A DNA stretch of 64,000 bases. Source: Candidatus Woykebacteria bacterium (GTDB lineage: Bacteria; Patescibacteriota; Microgenomatia; Woykebacterales; RBG-16-39-9b). Below are positions 18,123-27,944 of the stretch, one piece after another. The stretch is from positions 6,803 to 70,802 of the forward strand of contig JBBDPM010000006.1 in assembly GCA_040876345.1 (NCBI GenBank). Reading direction: 5' to 3'. The stretch's first letter is position 1, and the number at the start of each line of letters is the position of its first letter. The position numbers and the translations under genes were made by a program. A model generated the notes under the pieces. The model saw only the letters and a list, made by a program, of their open reading frames with translations. It was not told the origin of the DNA and searched no databases.

Positions 18123-20138
18123 GTGATTACTCTAAACACCCCCATAGGAAAATTTCCCTTTATTGGTCCTACCTACGCTACTCGATTAAAGAAACTTAAT
18201 ATAGACAACCTCAAGGATCTTTTTTATCACTTTCCTGCAAAGTATGAGGACAGGCAGGTTTCCACAAGAATAAGTGAAGTAAGAGCAGGCGAGAAAGTTT
18301 CTCTGGAGGGAGTGGTGTGGGAAATAAGAAACGTTCGCACGAAATATGGTAAAAACTTGACCTTTGCCTTGATAAACGACGGTTCAGGATCGATAAACTG
18401 CGTTTGGTTCAACCAACCCTACCTTACAAAATCTATTAAACAGGGTCAAAAACTAGGGTTTTCTGGAAAAAGCGAATATTTTAATGCTAATCTTTCCTTA
18501 GTAAGCCCTGATTTTGAAAACCTGGATAATAAAACCTCGCCAATCCACACCAAAGGTTTAGTGCCGATTTACCCTGAAACTGCCGGCGTCACTTCAAAAT
18601 GGCTTCGCAGCCGACTTTCAAATCTTCTTAGCACTAGTACTGGCCTGAAAATCTACGAAGTTTTACCGATGGAAATTGTAAAGAAGTACAAATTTGCAAA
18701 TTGGCTGTTATCGATGAAAAACATCCATTTTCCAGCTAACCTGAACGAACTAGAAAGGGCGAAAGAGAGATTCAAATTTGAGGAGCTATATTTAATACAA
18801 GTAAGAGCTCTTAAGAGAAAAGCGGAATGGAGTAAACAGGCAAAAGTCCAACCTTTTACAATTGATCAGGAAAAGTTACTCAAATTTATAGCTAGCCTTC
18901 CTTTTGATTTGACCAACGCCCAAAAAAGAAGCATCAAAGAAATTATTGGGGATCTGGGCAAAAAAACGCCTATGAATCGCCTTTTGCAAGGAGACGTCGG
19001 AAGTGGCAAAACTGTTATTGCAGCCCTTTCTAGCTACGTGGTTATACTGCAAGGCTACAATACAGTTTTTATGGCGCCAACGGAAATTTTGGCAAACCAG
19101 CACTTTAAGACTCTAGAGACTATCTTAAATCCGTTTGGTATTAGTGTCGGTCTTCAAACAAGCGCCCGGAAAACTAAGGAAGACGCCCATCTAACTGTCG
19201 GGACCCAGGCTCTGCTATTTAAAAACTGGCAACCAAAAACTCTGGGTTTAATAATAATTGATGAGCAGCAGCGCTTTGGTGTTGCTCAAAGAGCCATTTT
19301 GAGAGAAAAGGGTGTTTTTTCTCACTTCCTAACAATGAGTGCTACTCCAATTCCCCGAACCATGGCTCTTACTCTGTGGGGCGATTTGGACTTTTCCGTG
19401 CTGGATGAAATGCCCTCTGGAAGGCAAAGGATAAAAACTTACGTTGTTCCAAAGGAAAAACGAGACAAAGCCTACAATTTCATAAGAAAAGAGATTTTGG
19501 AAGGGCGACAAGCTTTTATAATTTGCCCTTTTATCAACCCTTCCGAGACTCTCTCATCAGTCAGAAGCGCGAAACAGGAGTGGCAAAAGCTCAGTAGTGA
19601 GGTCTTTCCCGATCTAAAGGTGGAACTTTTACACGGAAGGCTTTCATCATCCCAAAAGCAGAGCATTCTGGAGAAGTTTCGCAGGAGAGAAGCTGATATC
19701 TTGGTTTCAACCCCAGTGGTAGAAGTTGGGATTGATATACCAAACGCTGCTGTAATGATGATCGAAGGCTCTGATCGTTTTGGTCTAGCCCAGCTCCACC
19801 AAATTAGAGGCAGAGTGGGCCGAAGCAGTAACCAATCATTTTGCTTTCTTTTTACCGAAAATGACAGCCCCAGTATATTAAGTAGGCTTAGACATCTTGA
19901 AAAAAACTCTAGTGGCCTCTCTCTTGCAGAACTTGACCTCAAACTTCGTGGACCAGGTGAGATTTTTGGTCTGGCCCAAAGCGGGTTTCCGCCACTGAAA
20001 TTAGCTTCTTTTATGGATAAAGAGTTAATTAAAAAAACTCATGAGGCGGCAAAAAAAGTTATCGATGCCGACCCAGAATTAGAAAATTCACCTTCCCTAC
20101 AAGAAATAATGAGAGTCGAAAAAACCACTCCTGATTGA
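18123..20138 (+). CDS. recG: ATP-dependent DNA helicase RecG
   Basis: OB wedge, LLQGDVGSGKT, DEQQRFG, SATPIPRT, QLHQIRGRVGR. Start uncertain (GTG 18123 chosen). Confidence 0.95.
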   Translation: MITLNTPIGKFPFIGPTYATRLKKLNIDNLKDLFYHFPAKYEDRQVSTRISEVRAGEKVSLEGVVWEIRNVRTKYGKNLTFALINDGSGSINCVWFNQPYLTKSIKQGQKLGFSGKSEYFNANLSLVSPDFENLDNKTSPIHTKGLVPIYPETAGVTSKWLRSRLSNLLSTSTGLKIYEVLPMEIVKKYKFANWLLSMKNIHFPANLNELERAKERFKFEELYLIQVRALKRKAEWSKQAKVQPFTIDQEKLLKFIASLPFDLTNAQKRSIKEIIGDLGKKTPMNRLLQGDVGSGKTVIAALSSYVVILQGYNTVFMAPTEILANQHFKTLETILNPFGISVGLQTSARKTKEDAHLTVGTQALLFKNWQPKTLGLIIIDEQQRFGVAQRAILREKGVFSHFLTMSATPIPRTMALTLWGDLDFSVLDEMPSGRQRIKTYVVPKEKRDKAYNFIRKEILEGRQAFIICPFINPSETLSSVRSAKQEWQKLSSEVFPDLKVELLHGRLSSSQKQSILEKFRRREADILVSTPVVEVGIDIPNAAVMMIEGSDRFGLAQLHQIRGRVGRSSNQSFCFLFTENDSPSILSRLRHLEKNSSGLSLAELDLKLRGPGEIFGLAQSGFPPLKLASFMDKELIKKTHEAAKKVIDADPELENSPSLQEIMRVEKTTPD

Positions 20139-20170
20139 CAGTTGGCCCCCTGGAAAATATAATTGCCTAT

Positions 20171-20380
20171 ATGACACCATTACCAAAGAAAAAAATCTCT
20201 AAAGCTCGGAAGGGCAAAAGAAGAGAAAACATTAAATTAATCTTCCCAAAACTATCAGTTTGCCCAAACTGCTCTGCTCTTAAACTACCCCATAAAGCTT
20301 GTCCGAATTGCGGAACCTACAAAGGAAAGGTAGCAAAGGTAGTAAAAGTAAAAACAAAGGTTACTAAAGGGGGAGCGTAG
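20171..20380 (+). CDS. rpmF: 50S ribosomal protein L32 (Zn-binding), leaderless
   Basis: PKKKISKARKGKRR, CPNC...CPNCGTY; TTGACA (20135)-17 bp-TATAAT (20158), 7 nt before the ATG. Confidence 0.95.
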   Translation: MTPLPKKKISKARKGKRRENIKLIFPKLSVCPNCSALKLPHKACPNCGTYKGKVAKVVKVKTKVTKGGA

Positions 20381-20860
20381 GTGAAAAAGCAGAACGATCC
20401 AAGACACGAGGGTCGAAAGATTGCTCTTCAAGTCCTTTTCGAATGGAGTTTTAACTCTTTAGATATCAAGGAAATTTTGGAAAGGGATAAAGATATATTT
20501 ATCGAGATCCAGGAAAAAAAGGAGGGGGAGAAACCAGACTTCGACTTAGCTCTCTTTTTGGTAGGAGGTGTTACCGAAAATTTGGATACGCTTGATAAGA
20601 TAATTGAAGATGCGGCCCCAGAGTGGCCAATTAATCAAATAGCCAAGATAGATCTAGAGATTTTGAGATTAGCAATATTTGAGCTTTATATAGCCAGAAA
20701 CGTCCCTCCAAAAGTCTCTATTGATGAGGCAGTGGAACTTGCCAAAGAATTTGGTGGTGAAAACTCAAGTAAGTTCGTTAACGGAGTCTTAGGAACTGTT
20801 GTGAAAGAACTAATGCCGGGGTTAATAGACTCTTCAGAAAAAAAGAAGAAAAGAAATTGA
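20381..20860 (+). CDS. nusB: Transcription antitermination factor NusB
   Basis: RKIALQVLF, ILRLAIFEL, VSIDEAVELAKEFG, FVNGVL. Confidence 0.96.
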   Translation: MKKQNDPRHEGRKIALQVLFEWSFNSLDIKEILERDKDIFIEIQEKKEGEKPDFDLALFLVGGVTENLDTLDKIIEDAAPEWPINQIAKIDLEILRLAIFELYIARNVPPKVSIDEAVELAKEFGGENSSKFVNGVLGTVVKELMPGLIDSSEKKKKRN

Positions 20861-20863
20861 CTA

Positions 20864-21097
20864 ATGAACACTTTAGAAGAAATAAAAGAACTAATTTCAG
20901 GTCAATTTGGAGTTGAGAAAGACTCTATCTTACCTGATTCCCACCTTCAGGACGACTTAAATGCAGACCCTCTGAGTATTGCGGATCTTGTTGTTAGCCT
21001 GGAAGACAAATTCAAGTTAAAAATACCTCAAGAAGAAATAATTAAATTTAACAAGGTTTCAGACATTGTAGAATTTATAGAAGACCAAATGGATTAG
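20864..21097 (+). CDS. acpP: Acyl carrier protein-like protein with an altered Ppant motif (DPLS instead of DSLD)
   Basis: Acidic 77 aa ACP pattern DDLNADPLSIADLVVSLEDKFKLKIP; acpP-rnc synteny. Confidence 0.85.
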   Translation: MNTLEEIKELISGQFGVEKDSILPDSHLQDDLNADPLSIADLVVSLEDKFKLKIPQEEIIKFNKVSDIVEFIEDQMD

Positions 21098-21110
21098 AGT
21101 AAAAACAAGT

Positions 21111-21803
21111 ATGGATTTTAGCGAACTAGAAAATAAAATTGGGCTAACATTTAAAGACCAAAATCTTTTGAAAACAGCATTCATTCACCGATCTTATTTG
21201 AATGAACATCCCGAGGAAAAATTACCTAATAATGAAAGGCTTGAATTTTTGGGGGATTCTGTCTTAGGGTTCATAATATCAAACTACCTCTACGAAAAGT
21301 ATCCAAGGAACCCGGAAGGAGATTTAACGAATTTTAGATCTAGCATCGTAAACGCTAAAACTCTAGCTGAAGCTTCCGGTAATCTTGGTTTGGGAGAGTT
21401 TCTTTTTTTATCGAAGGGGGAGGAAGCAACAGGTGGAAAGGAACGGCAATATATTTTAGCAAACACTTATGAATCGCTGCTGGGGGCAATTTATCTCGAC
21501 CAAGGAATAGATGCAGCCTCAAAATTTGTTGATAAAACCCTAATACCCAAGCTTTCGGTAATAATTGAAAAGAAACTCTACAAGGACTTCAAGAGTAAAC
21601 TCCAGGAGGCTTCTCAAGCGAATCACAATGTAACTCCGAGTTATAAGCTTGTATCTGAGACTGGACCGGATCATTCAAAAGTATTTGAAACTGGAGCGTA
21701 CCTAGGTCAGAAGTTGTTGGCTAAAGGTAAAGGTGCTAGCAAACAAGCAGCCGAGCAGGAAGCGGCAAAATCTGCACTTGAAAAATTAGACAAATTAAGC
21801 TAA
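21111..21803 (+). CDS. rnc: Ribonuclease III
   Basis: NERLEFLGDSVL signature plus dsRBD. Confidence 0.97.
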   Translation: MDFSELENKIGLTFKDQNLLKTAFIHRSYLNEHPEEKLPNNERLEFLGDSVLGFIISNYLYEKYPRNPEGDLTNFRSSIVNAKTLAEASGNLGLGEFLFLSKGEEATGGKERQYILANTYESLLGAIYLDQGIDAASKFVDKTLIPKLSVIIEKKLYKDFKSKLQEASQANHNVTPSYKLVSETGPDHSKVFETGAYLGQKLLAKGKGASKQAAEQEAAKSALEKLDKLS

Positions 21804-21815
21804 AATCCCCTATCT

Positions 21816-22043
21816 ATGGTAAAAATACGATTAGCAAGAATGGGCAGTAAGAATAAGCCAAAATACCGAATTGTTGCTGCAGATGAGAAATTCAAACGAG
21901 ACGGGCGCTTTTTGGAAATACTAGGTCATTATGACCCAACCACTAATCCGTTCTCACTAATAGTGAAGCGGGATAAGCTAGATTGGTGGGTCTCTCACGG
22001 TGCCCAAGTCTCTGAAACGGTCTCAAAACTCGTTTATAAATAG
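21816..22043 (+). CDS. rpsP: 30S ribosomal protein S16
   Basis: MVKIRLARMG...YRIV...RDGRFLEILG. Confidence 0.97.
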   Translation: MVKIRLARMGSKNKPKYRIVAADEKFKRDGRFLEILGHYDPTTNPFSLIVKRDKLDWWVSHGAQVSETVSKLVYK

Positions 22044-22073
22044 AATCAAAATAAACTTGAGTTAGTAGGTAAA

Positions 22074-22313
22074 ATGAAAGATTTATTAGAATTTATTGTT
22101 AAAGGTATCAGTGAGGATAGTAGCAAGGTCTCTATCTCCGAACAGAAAGAAGAAGGGCTAGACAGCTACACTATTTTCGTTGCTGAAAAAGAAATCGGGA
22201 AAATAATTGGTAAAGGCGGTAAGGTAATAAAAGCAATAAGGACTTTAGTTAAATTAAAAGCAATTAAAGATGGCAGCCGGGTAAGGCTTAACAGCGTAGA
22301 AGCAGCAACTTAA
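22074..22313 (+). CDS. khpA: KH-domain RNA-binding protein
   Basis: GKIIGKGGKVIKAIRTL; follows rpsP. Confidence 0.9.
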   Translation: MKDLLEFIVKGISEDSSKVSISEQKEEGLDSYTIFVAEKEIGKIIGKGGKVIKAIRTLVKLKAIKDGSRVRLNSVEAAT

Positions 22314-22320
22314 GTCTCTA

Positions 22321-23037
22321 ATGGGAAATCTAACGATCCACGTTTTAACTCTCTTTCCAGATTTCTTCAAAAGCCCCCTTTCAGAGAGCATTCTTGCAAG
22401 GGCAATTAAAAAAGGCTTAATTTCAGTTCAAATTCACAATTTAAGAACTTTTGGCCTTGGGGAAAGGAAAACGGTAGACGATAATCCATACGGTGGTAGC
22501 GCTGGTATGGTTCTCAGAGTGGACGTTTTGGCCAAGGCGGCCGAGAGCGTCTCCTCAAAAGAACGAGGGGGAAAGCCGTATGTAGTACTCCTTGACCCAA
22601 AAGGGAAAAGGTATGACCAGGGAAGAGCCGAAAAACTTTCAAAAAAGAAGGAGGTACTCCTAGTTTGCGGTCATTATGAAGGGGTGGATCAAAGATTTGC
22701 AGATTATTTTTGTGACGAGGTAGTCTCTGTCGGAGATTTTGTTCTCACCGGCGGGGAGACAGCGGCTCTTGTCTTAATAGATTCTATTGTTCGTTTACAG
22801 CCTGGAGTGCTCGGTAAGAAAGAGTCTCTTCAATCCGAATCGTTCTCCTTGACTAAGACTGAGGGTAAAAATAGTAGAATCTTTGACTTTCCAACCTACA
22901 CACGGCCAGAGAGCTTTCAGGGCAAAAAAGTCCCCCCAATTCTTTTGAGTGGTAACCACGCGAAGATAAAACAGTGGAGAGCTAATAAAGCACGCCAACT
23001 TACTTTGAAATTTAGGAAAGATTTAGTACAAGGTTAG
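22321..23037 (+). CDS. trmD: tRNA (guanine-N1)-methyltransferase
   Basis: VDDNPYGG, CGHYEGVD, SVGDFVLTGGE, LLSGNH. Confidence 0.97.
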   Translation: MGNLTIHVLTLFPDFFKSPLSESILARAIKKGLISVQIHNLRTFGLGERKTVDDNPYGGSAGMVLRVDVLAKAAESVSSKERGGKPYVVLLDPKGKRYDQGRAEKLSKKKEVLLVCGHYEGVDQRFADYFCDEVVSVGDFVLTGGETAALVLIDSIVRLQPGVLGKKESLQSESFSLTKTEGKNSRIFDFPTYTRPESFQGKKVPPILLSGNHAKIKQWRANKARQLTLKFRKDLVQG

Positions 23038-23792
23038 TTGCCAAAAGGGTTTGCGACCCCAGTCCGACCTTCTTGTATTTGAATATCCGTGAAGTTAATA
23101 AATTTATCAATTAGTAGAAGAGTACGTTCATTATCAGCAGAAAGCGCAGGAATCTGCTCCGCAGCAAGATCATCGCTAGAAAACTCAACTGGTCTAAAAG
23201 GAATTGAGAGTTGAAATAAAATCTGAAATTTACTGCCTTCAGAATCGGTTGCGGCAAGGGAGTCAATAGATGATATTCGCTTTGCCATCTCAAGCTTTTC
23301 TAAAAAGGCCTCAAGAGACGAAACGCTTCCACTTAAAGAAAGTTTTAAAATTAAAGAGTCCTTAGAAAGCTGCCCTGAGGGAGCCGCCGGTTGAGTTTGC
23401 GCGGCAGTAGCACTTGCTGTTGCTGCTTTGGCAGACTCTGTACTTACTTTCCCTGGCGTCAAGCTTATTTCGTCAACTGCTAAGTTAGATCCAAGCGCTA
23501 AATTCTGAAGCCCAACAACAAGCGGGGCAACTTGTTTCCCGGCAGGCAGAGCAATATTTGCTTCGGAAAGCTTTTGGTTTATTTCAGCTTCATCAAGGGA
23601 GTTTAGAGTACCTAATTTATTTGAAAGGTTTCTCAACCTTTCACGATCGTTATTTAGACTATTATTAGTCTCTCTAACATTCCTTAAAAGGGGCAATATC
23701 ACAAAAGGAATAATGACAAGTATTGTTACTGCTATAAGAGCCGGTACCGCCAAGGCTTTTAAATTTTTCAGATCGATATTAAAAAGTTTCAT
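23034..23792 (-). CDS. Type IV pilus assembly protein, PilO-like
   Basis: TM plus coiled coil plus ferredoxin-like end; follows pilM-pilN. Confidence 0.75.
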   Translation of the reverse strand: MKLFNIDLKNLKALAVPALIAVTILVIIPFVILPLLRNVRETNNSLNNDRERLRNLSNKLGTLNSLDEAEINQKLSEANIALPAGKQVAPLVVGLQNLALGSNLAVDEISLTPGKVSTESAKAATASATAAQTQPAAPSGQLSKDSLILKLSLSGSVSSLEAFLEKLEMAKRISSIDSLAATDSEGSKFQILFQLSIPFRPVEFSSDDLAAEQIPALSADNERTLLLIDKFINFTDIQIQEGRTGVANPFGN

Positions 23793-24357
23793 CTTTGGCC
23801 ACCAGTCCTCTGGGTATGAAAGTCATATCGATTACAAATTTATAAGAACTTTTGTTTTCATTGCTTAGATTGCTAAGAATCACCTTATTAAACTTAGGTG
23901 TGTAACGCTCGGAGATAATTGCTTTTATAAGTTTGCTTAAAGAAGCCGAATTGTTAGCAACCCCACCAATACTTACGTCTCCATCACTATTAACGTCAAT
24001 GTTCTCGATCTTGACTGCCCCAGACTCCTCGGCTAAGTTTGATATATTGGCGACAGCACTTGATACTGGTACTTCCTCATCCAAAGTCTTCTGGATTTGA
24101 TTAAGCTTATCCACCAGGGCACGTTGGGAAATTTCCTTCTCTTTCTGAGCGACTATTTCACCTTCCAATCTTTGTGATTCTTTTTCCACACGGGATCTTG
24201 TTGTTTGAAGAAAGAGCTGGTATGAAAATATGCCGACTAAAATAGCCGAAACTCCAAGTAAGGCTCCTATTGAGGATACGTTGAGTTTGCGCTTATAGAC
24301 TTCCTTCTTTGCTTCGTCTTCGGCGATTTGTGGTAGTAAGTTTATACCTTGAGCCAT
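23779..24357 (-). CDS. pilN: Type IV pilus assembly protein PilN
   Basis: INLLP motif, TM, coiled coil. Confidence 0.85.
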   Translation of the reverse strand: MAQGINLLPQIAEDEAKKEVYKRKLNVSSIGALLGVSAILVGIFSYQLFLQTTRSRVEKESQRLEGEIVAQKEKEISQRALVDKLNQIQKTLDEEVPVSSAVANISNLAEESGAVKIENIDVNSDGDVSIGGVANNSASLSKLIKAIISERYTPKFNKVILSNLSNENKSSYKFVIDMTFIPRGLVAKDETF

Positions 24358-24362
24358 ATTAA

Positions 24363-25406
24363 TTAGATTGATTTTAAACCAAGACCCACGGCAACAGTGT
24401 AAGAAGTGCCGTCAGTGACAAGTCTCTGGGATACTTGGGAAGGTAGTGAGATTCCTTCCCACGGATTTCCCAGCTGCACTTCCAAACCTAAAGCCTCAGC
24501 CAGATATAACACCAAGCCGGGCAGTTTTGCAGTCCCTCCGGTAAGAACAACTCTCTTAACCGGCGACTCAGGGTGTTTGCCAACGTAGTATGCAAGCGCT
24601 CTTCTTATCTCATTGACAACAACATCAAATATTGGCTTTATTGCTTGCATCACTTTACCCTCAAGCTGAGTTGCATCAAGTCCATAAGTTTTCATATATT
24701 CGGTGGCCTGATCCAGCTCAAAACCAAGTTCTTGAGCTACACCGCGAGCAAGTGCTAACCCGCCAGTAGCAATTGACCTGGTAAAATTTATTTGGTTTGC
24801 ACTAACAATAGATAGATCAGTAGTCGAGGCCCCAATACTAATAATCATGGTGGTGGGGGTGCCTTCAACTCTCTGGACTAAGGACCTGACCACGGCGGTG
24901 ATTTCTGTCTCAAGAGCAATTGCGGAAAGTCCAGCCGTTTTCATAATTCGTAAATACCTATTGATTAAAACTTTTGGGGCGGCAACAAGCAGAACTTCTA
25001 CTTTTCCACCGGCAGAAGGAGCTGCAACCTTTGGGTGTGAGAGTATCTGCCAATCAAGACGCACCTCAGTCATTGGTATTGGAACGTATTGCTCTGCTTC
25101 CCACTGTATTGCACTTCTTACTTCCTTGTCAGAAAGGCTAGGAAGCTCAACAACTCTTGTAAATATTTGCGACTCAGGCAAAGCCGTTATCACTTTATCA
25201 GTGCTTATATGAGCCTCGTGATGAAGTTTTTTTATAGTTTCGGAAAGTAGAATAATGTCTTCTTCGGAATCAGATGTTGCGCTTTGGGCGGGTGTAGGAA
25301 CTTGGCCGGCTGCTATAAAAACTGGCCGACTAGTTTGACCACCCAGCTGAACAGCTTTTATGCTATGCGTTCCGATATCAAGACCAAAATGATTAAGGGC
25401 AGGCAT
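24363..25406 (-). CDS. pilM: Type IV pilus assembly protein PilM
   Basis: FGLDIG...IKAV, WEAEQYVP, VLLVAAP, LTGGTAKL. Confidence 0.93.
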   Translation of the reverse strand: MPALNHFGLDIGTHSIKAVQLGGQTSRPVFIAAGQVPTPAQSATSDSEEDIILLSETIKKLHHEAHISTDKVITALPESQIFTRVVELPSLSDKEVRSAIQWEAEQYVPIPMTEVRLDWQILSHPKVAAPSAGGKVEVLLVAAPKVLINRYLRIMKTAGLSAIALETEITAVVRSLVQRVEGTPTTMIISIGASTTDLSIVSANQINFTRSIATGGLALARGVAQELGFELDQATEYMKTYGLDATQLEGKVMQAIKPIFDVVVNEIRRALAYYVGKHPESPVKRVVLTGGTAKLPGLVLYLAEALGLEVQLGNPWEGISLPSQVSQRLVTDGTSYTVAVGLGLKSI

Positions 25407-25562
25407 GCTTTAGTAAGTAGTAAATTGATTACTAGTCATTAATTAACTATATAAATAGTAACATAGTGCAGAGGAGGCTGGCAAGTACCTACAATAAGGG
25501 GTTAGAGATTAGTTAGTTTATTTTGTCCTACTAACCTATAATTAACTAAGCGCTAACTTCTT

Positions 25563-26534
25563 TTACTTGGTGAGATTTGTACCTGAAAATAGTACGTAGT
25601 CAAAAATGGCTGGTAAGGCCGGGAATTGGCGAACTACCTTTAGCTTCCTCGTAACCCCAGAATTAGTAGTGCCGGTAGACTCAATTTCAGATCCTTGAAT
25701 TGGTAGATCCCAACCATTACCCTTAACTGCTATCGGATGGGCAACAAGGTTGTACAAAAACCTAATCCTCGCAAGTACAGGCACACTTGCATTACCAATC
25801 CCTTCAAGATCCAAAAGGGCTGAGTTACAGTCACTAATACCACTTCTGATATCAAAAGTCTGCACAAATTCGAAGTCAATCTTGCCGACATTAGTATCTG
25901 TACCAGGTGGCGTACTCACATCATCCGGCGCATCCGTACTATTAAGGCAGAAATTATTACCAGCTCCTCCACCAATACGACCATTATTTGGATCAAATGC
26001 AAACTTTCGTAGCTTAAAGGCCCCACCTTCCAAATACACCACCGTCACTTCCATCGCCGGTGCATTTGCTCCACGCCCAATCCCTTCATGACCCCAAAAA
26101 ATATCAATATTGGCAGGGTTTCCAGCAGCCGGTACTGGGCTTCCACTACCCAAGTTATTAAAATCAACAAGCAAACTTATTTGCACCACTTCGTCTTTAC
26201 TCACTTCGCTTGGAAAAGAAAAGGCGTTAGACCCAGCACTTATATCTTTAACTGAAATTTTAGCTTTTGTTTGGTTTAAGGTGGAGAAATCTAATTCTGG
26301 CAAAGTGCCGCTAAAGGAAGAGTCCCCCTCAAGCTTCTTAAGTGCTTCTTCTACTCCAGCCTCAGCTGCAAAATAAGCTCTGTTGGATTCATCGCTTGTA
26401 GTTGTTGTACGAATGTCAGTAATGGACCTTGAAGCAACAGAGAGCACAATCGCGAGCCCGACTACTAAAACAAGAAGAAAAACTATCAATATTTGACCGG
26501 ACTGCTCTTTAGTGTGTTGGGAAGTTTCTTTCAT
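25563..26534 (-). CDS. PilX/GspK-like minor pilin
   Basis: QSG|QILIV prepilin site without E5; RAYFAAEAGVEEAL. Confidence 0.85.
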   Translation of the reverse strand: MKETSQHTKEQSGQILIVFLLVLVVGLAIVLSVASRSITDIRTTTTSDESNRAYFAAEAGVEEALKKLEGDSSFSGTLPELDFSTLNQTKAKISVKDISAGSNAFSFPSEVSKDEVVQISLLVDFNNLGSGSPVPAAGNPANIDIFWGHEGIGRGANAPAMEVTVVYLEGGAFKLRKFAFDPNNGRIGGGAGNNFCLNSTDAPDDVSTPPGTDTNVGKIDFEFVQTFDIRSGISDCNSALLDLEGIGNASVPVLARIRFLYNLVAHPIAVKGNGWDLPIQGSEIESTGTTNSGVTRKLKVVRQFPALPAIFDYVLFSGTNLTK

Positions 26535-26613
26535 TTCAGGCAGGGCTTTAAAATTTTAAGCCTTAATTAAATGATAAACTCTACTTCAGTAGGTAGTCAA
26601 GTACTATTATGAT

Positions 26614-27351
26614 CTAGGCGGCGACATTACCTATGCAGCTCACCACTACCATATCGTGATATCCAGAAGAGTCTGTCCAGGTAACCACTACTGATACTTG
26701 CTTAGATTCATCATAATAGAGTCCATCGCTATCTGAGTCATAATCGTTACATTTACTCAGACCCCCATCCACGACTCTTGTATCAGCGACATACAGAGCT
26801 CTTTTGAAATTTACACCACCAATATTAACCTCAAAGTATGGCTCAGAATCCCCATTACCATGAAGACACCAGGAGTAAGAGTGGGAAGATGGTAGGGCAC
26901 CCCCTGTCGAGCAGTCAGTTGGGTTAGGCTCATCCGGTTCGTGAATACCGTATCTGTGACCATAAATAGGGCTTCTTGTGTTGCCCACAGCTACAAATTT
27001 GGTAAGTACGGGCTCATCACATAAAGGTTCTGTAGGGCAGCCGGATATGGTTTCGGTGATATCACATTCATAAAGCTTGCTAAAACTTGTGTAACCGGCT
27101 GCACACGGGGCTACCGGATTTTGCATTGTAATCACAGCTTTTGGATCATCCAAACTCCTGATACTCATCACTACCTCTAAACTTTGTTGGGCGAGTTTGC
27201 TTGCTACTTCTTGATTCTTGGAAAAAGTTGCGTTTCGGTTGGCACGGGCGGCAAGACCAAGTATTGCGGTAACTATTAGCGTACCGACGGCTATAGCGAT
27301 CACAACCTCAACTAATGTTTGGCCTTTATTGGCAGGATCCTTAGCATTCAT
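26614..27351 (-). CDS. PilV-like minor pilin, Cys-rich
   Basis: KG|QTLVEV prepilin site; ASKLAQQSLE; VSVVVTW. Confidence 0.82.
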   Translation of the reverse strand: MNAKDPANKGQTLVEVVIAIAVGTLIVTAILGLAARANRNATFSKNQEVASKLAQQSLEVVMSIRSLDDPKAVITMQNPVAPCAAGYTSFSKLYECDITETISGCPTEPLCDEPVLTKFVAVGNTRSPIYGHRYGIHEPDEPNPTDCSTGGALPSSHSYSWCLHGNGDSEPYFEVNIGGVNFKRALYVADTRVVDGGLSKCNDYDSDSDGLYYDESKQVSVVVTWTDSSGYHDMVVVSCIGNVAA

Positions 27352-27939
27352 TTAAAAAACTCTTGTGCCAACGGTAGTTTCAAAAGGGAGATTTATTTGG
27401 TAATCATTTCTGGTAGGGGCGCCTATTCCTTGGGCAACTGTGAAAGCAAATAAAACAATTTGCTGTTGATTTACAGTGCCAGTAATTGTAAACACATCGT
27501 TTGCCCCTGCCACATTAACATTATCACATACAATATTTACTCCTGAGGTACTATCAGTATTGGTCAGAACCTCAAGGTTTCCGCTGAGTTGAATCTCTCT
27601 TGTAAACCTTCCATTATCACTGCCTGTAGATCCCACGCATTTCCAGTCTACATACTCGTCACGATGTTTAATAGTTATACCGTTAGTTCCGTTCGGTGTA
27701 ATACTGAGAGCCGGGCGAATATCTCGTTCAAAAAGATCTATTATAATTGCAGCGTTTTGACGCGCTTCGTTAGTTACTTGTGTTTTGTTCTGGGAGCGCA
27801 GAATTCCAATAAATACGCTGGAAGCAATCCCTATTAAAATACCCAGAATTGCCGTGACCACCAGAAGCTCAAGGATAGTGAATCCTTGGCTACCAAAAAC
27901 CTTGTTTTTTTCATTATCAACCTTAAATTTGCGTTTCAT
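27352..27939 (-). CDS. PilW/GspJ-like minor pilin
   Basis: QG|FTILELL; FERDIR; start set at ATG 27939. Confidence 0.82.
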   Translation of the reverse strand: MKRKFKVDNEKNKVFGSQGFTILELLVVTAILGILIGIASSVFIGILRSQNKTQVTNEARQNAAIIIDLFERDIRPALSITPNGTNGITIKHRDEYVDWKCVGSTGSDNGRFTREIQLSGNLEVLTNTDSTSGVNIVCDNVNVAGANDVFTITGTVNQQQIVLFAFTVAQGIGAPTRNDYQINLPFETTVGTRVF

Positions 27940-27944
27940 GCTAT

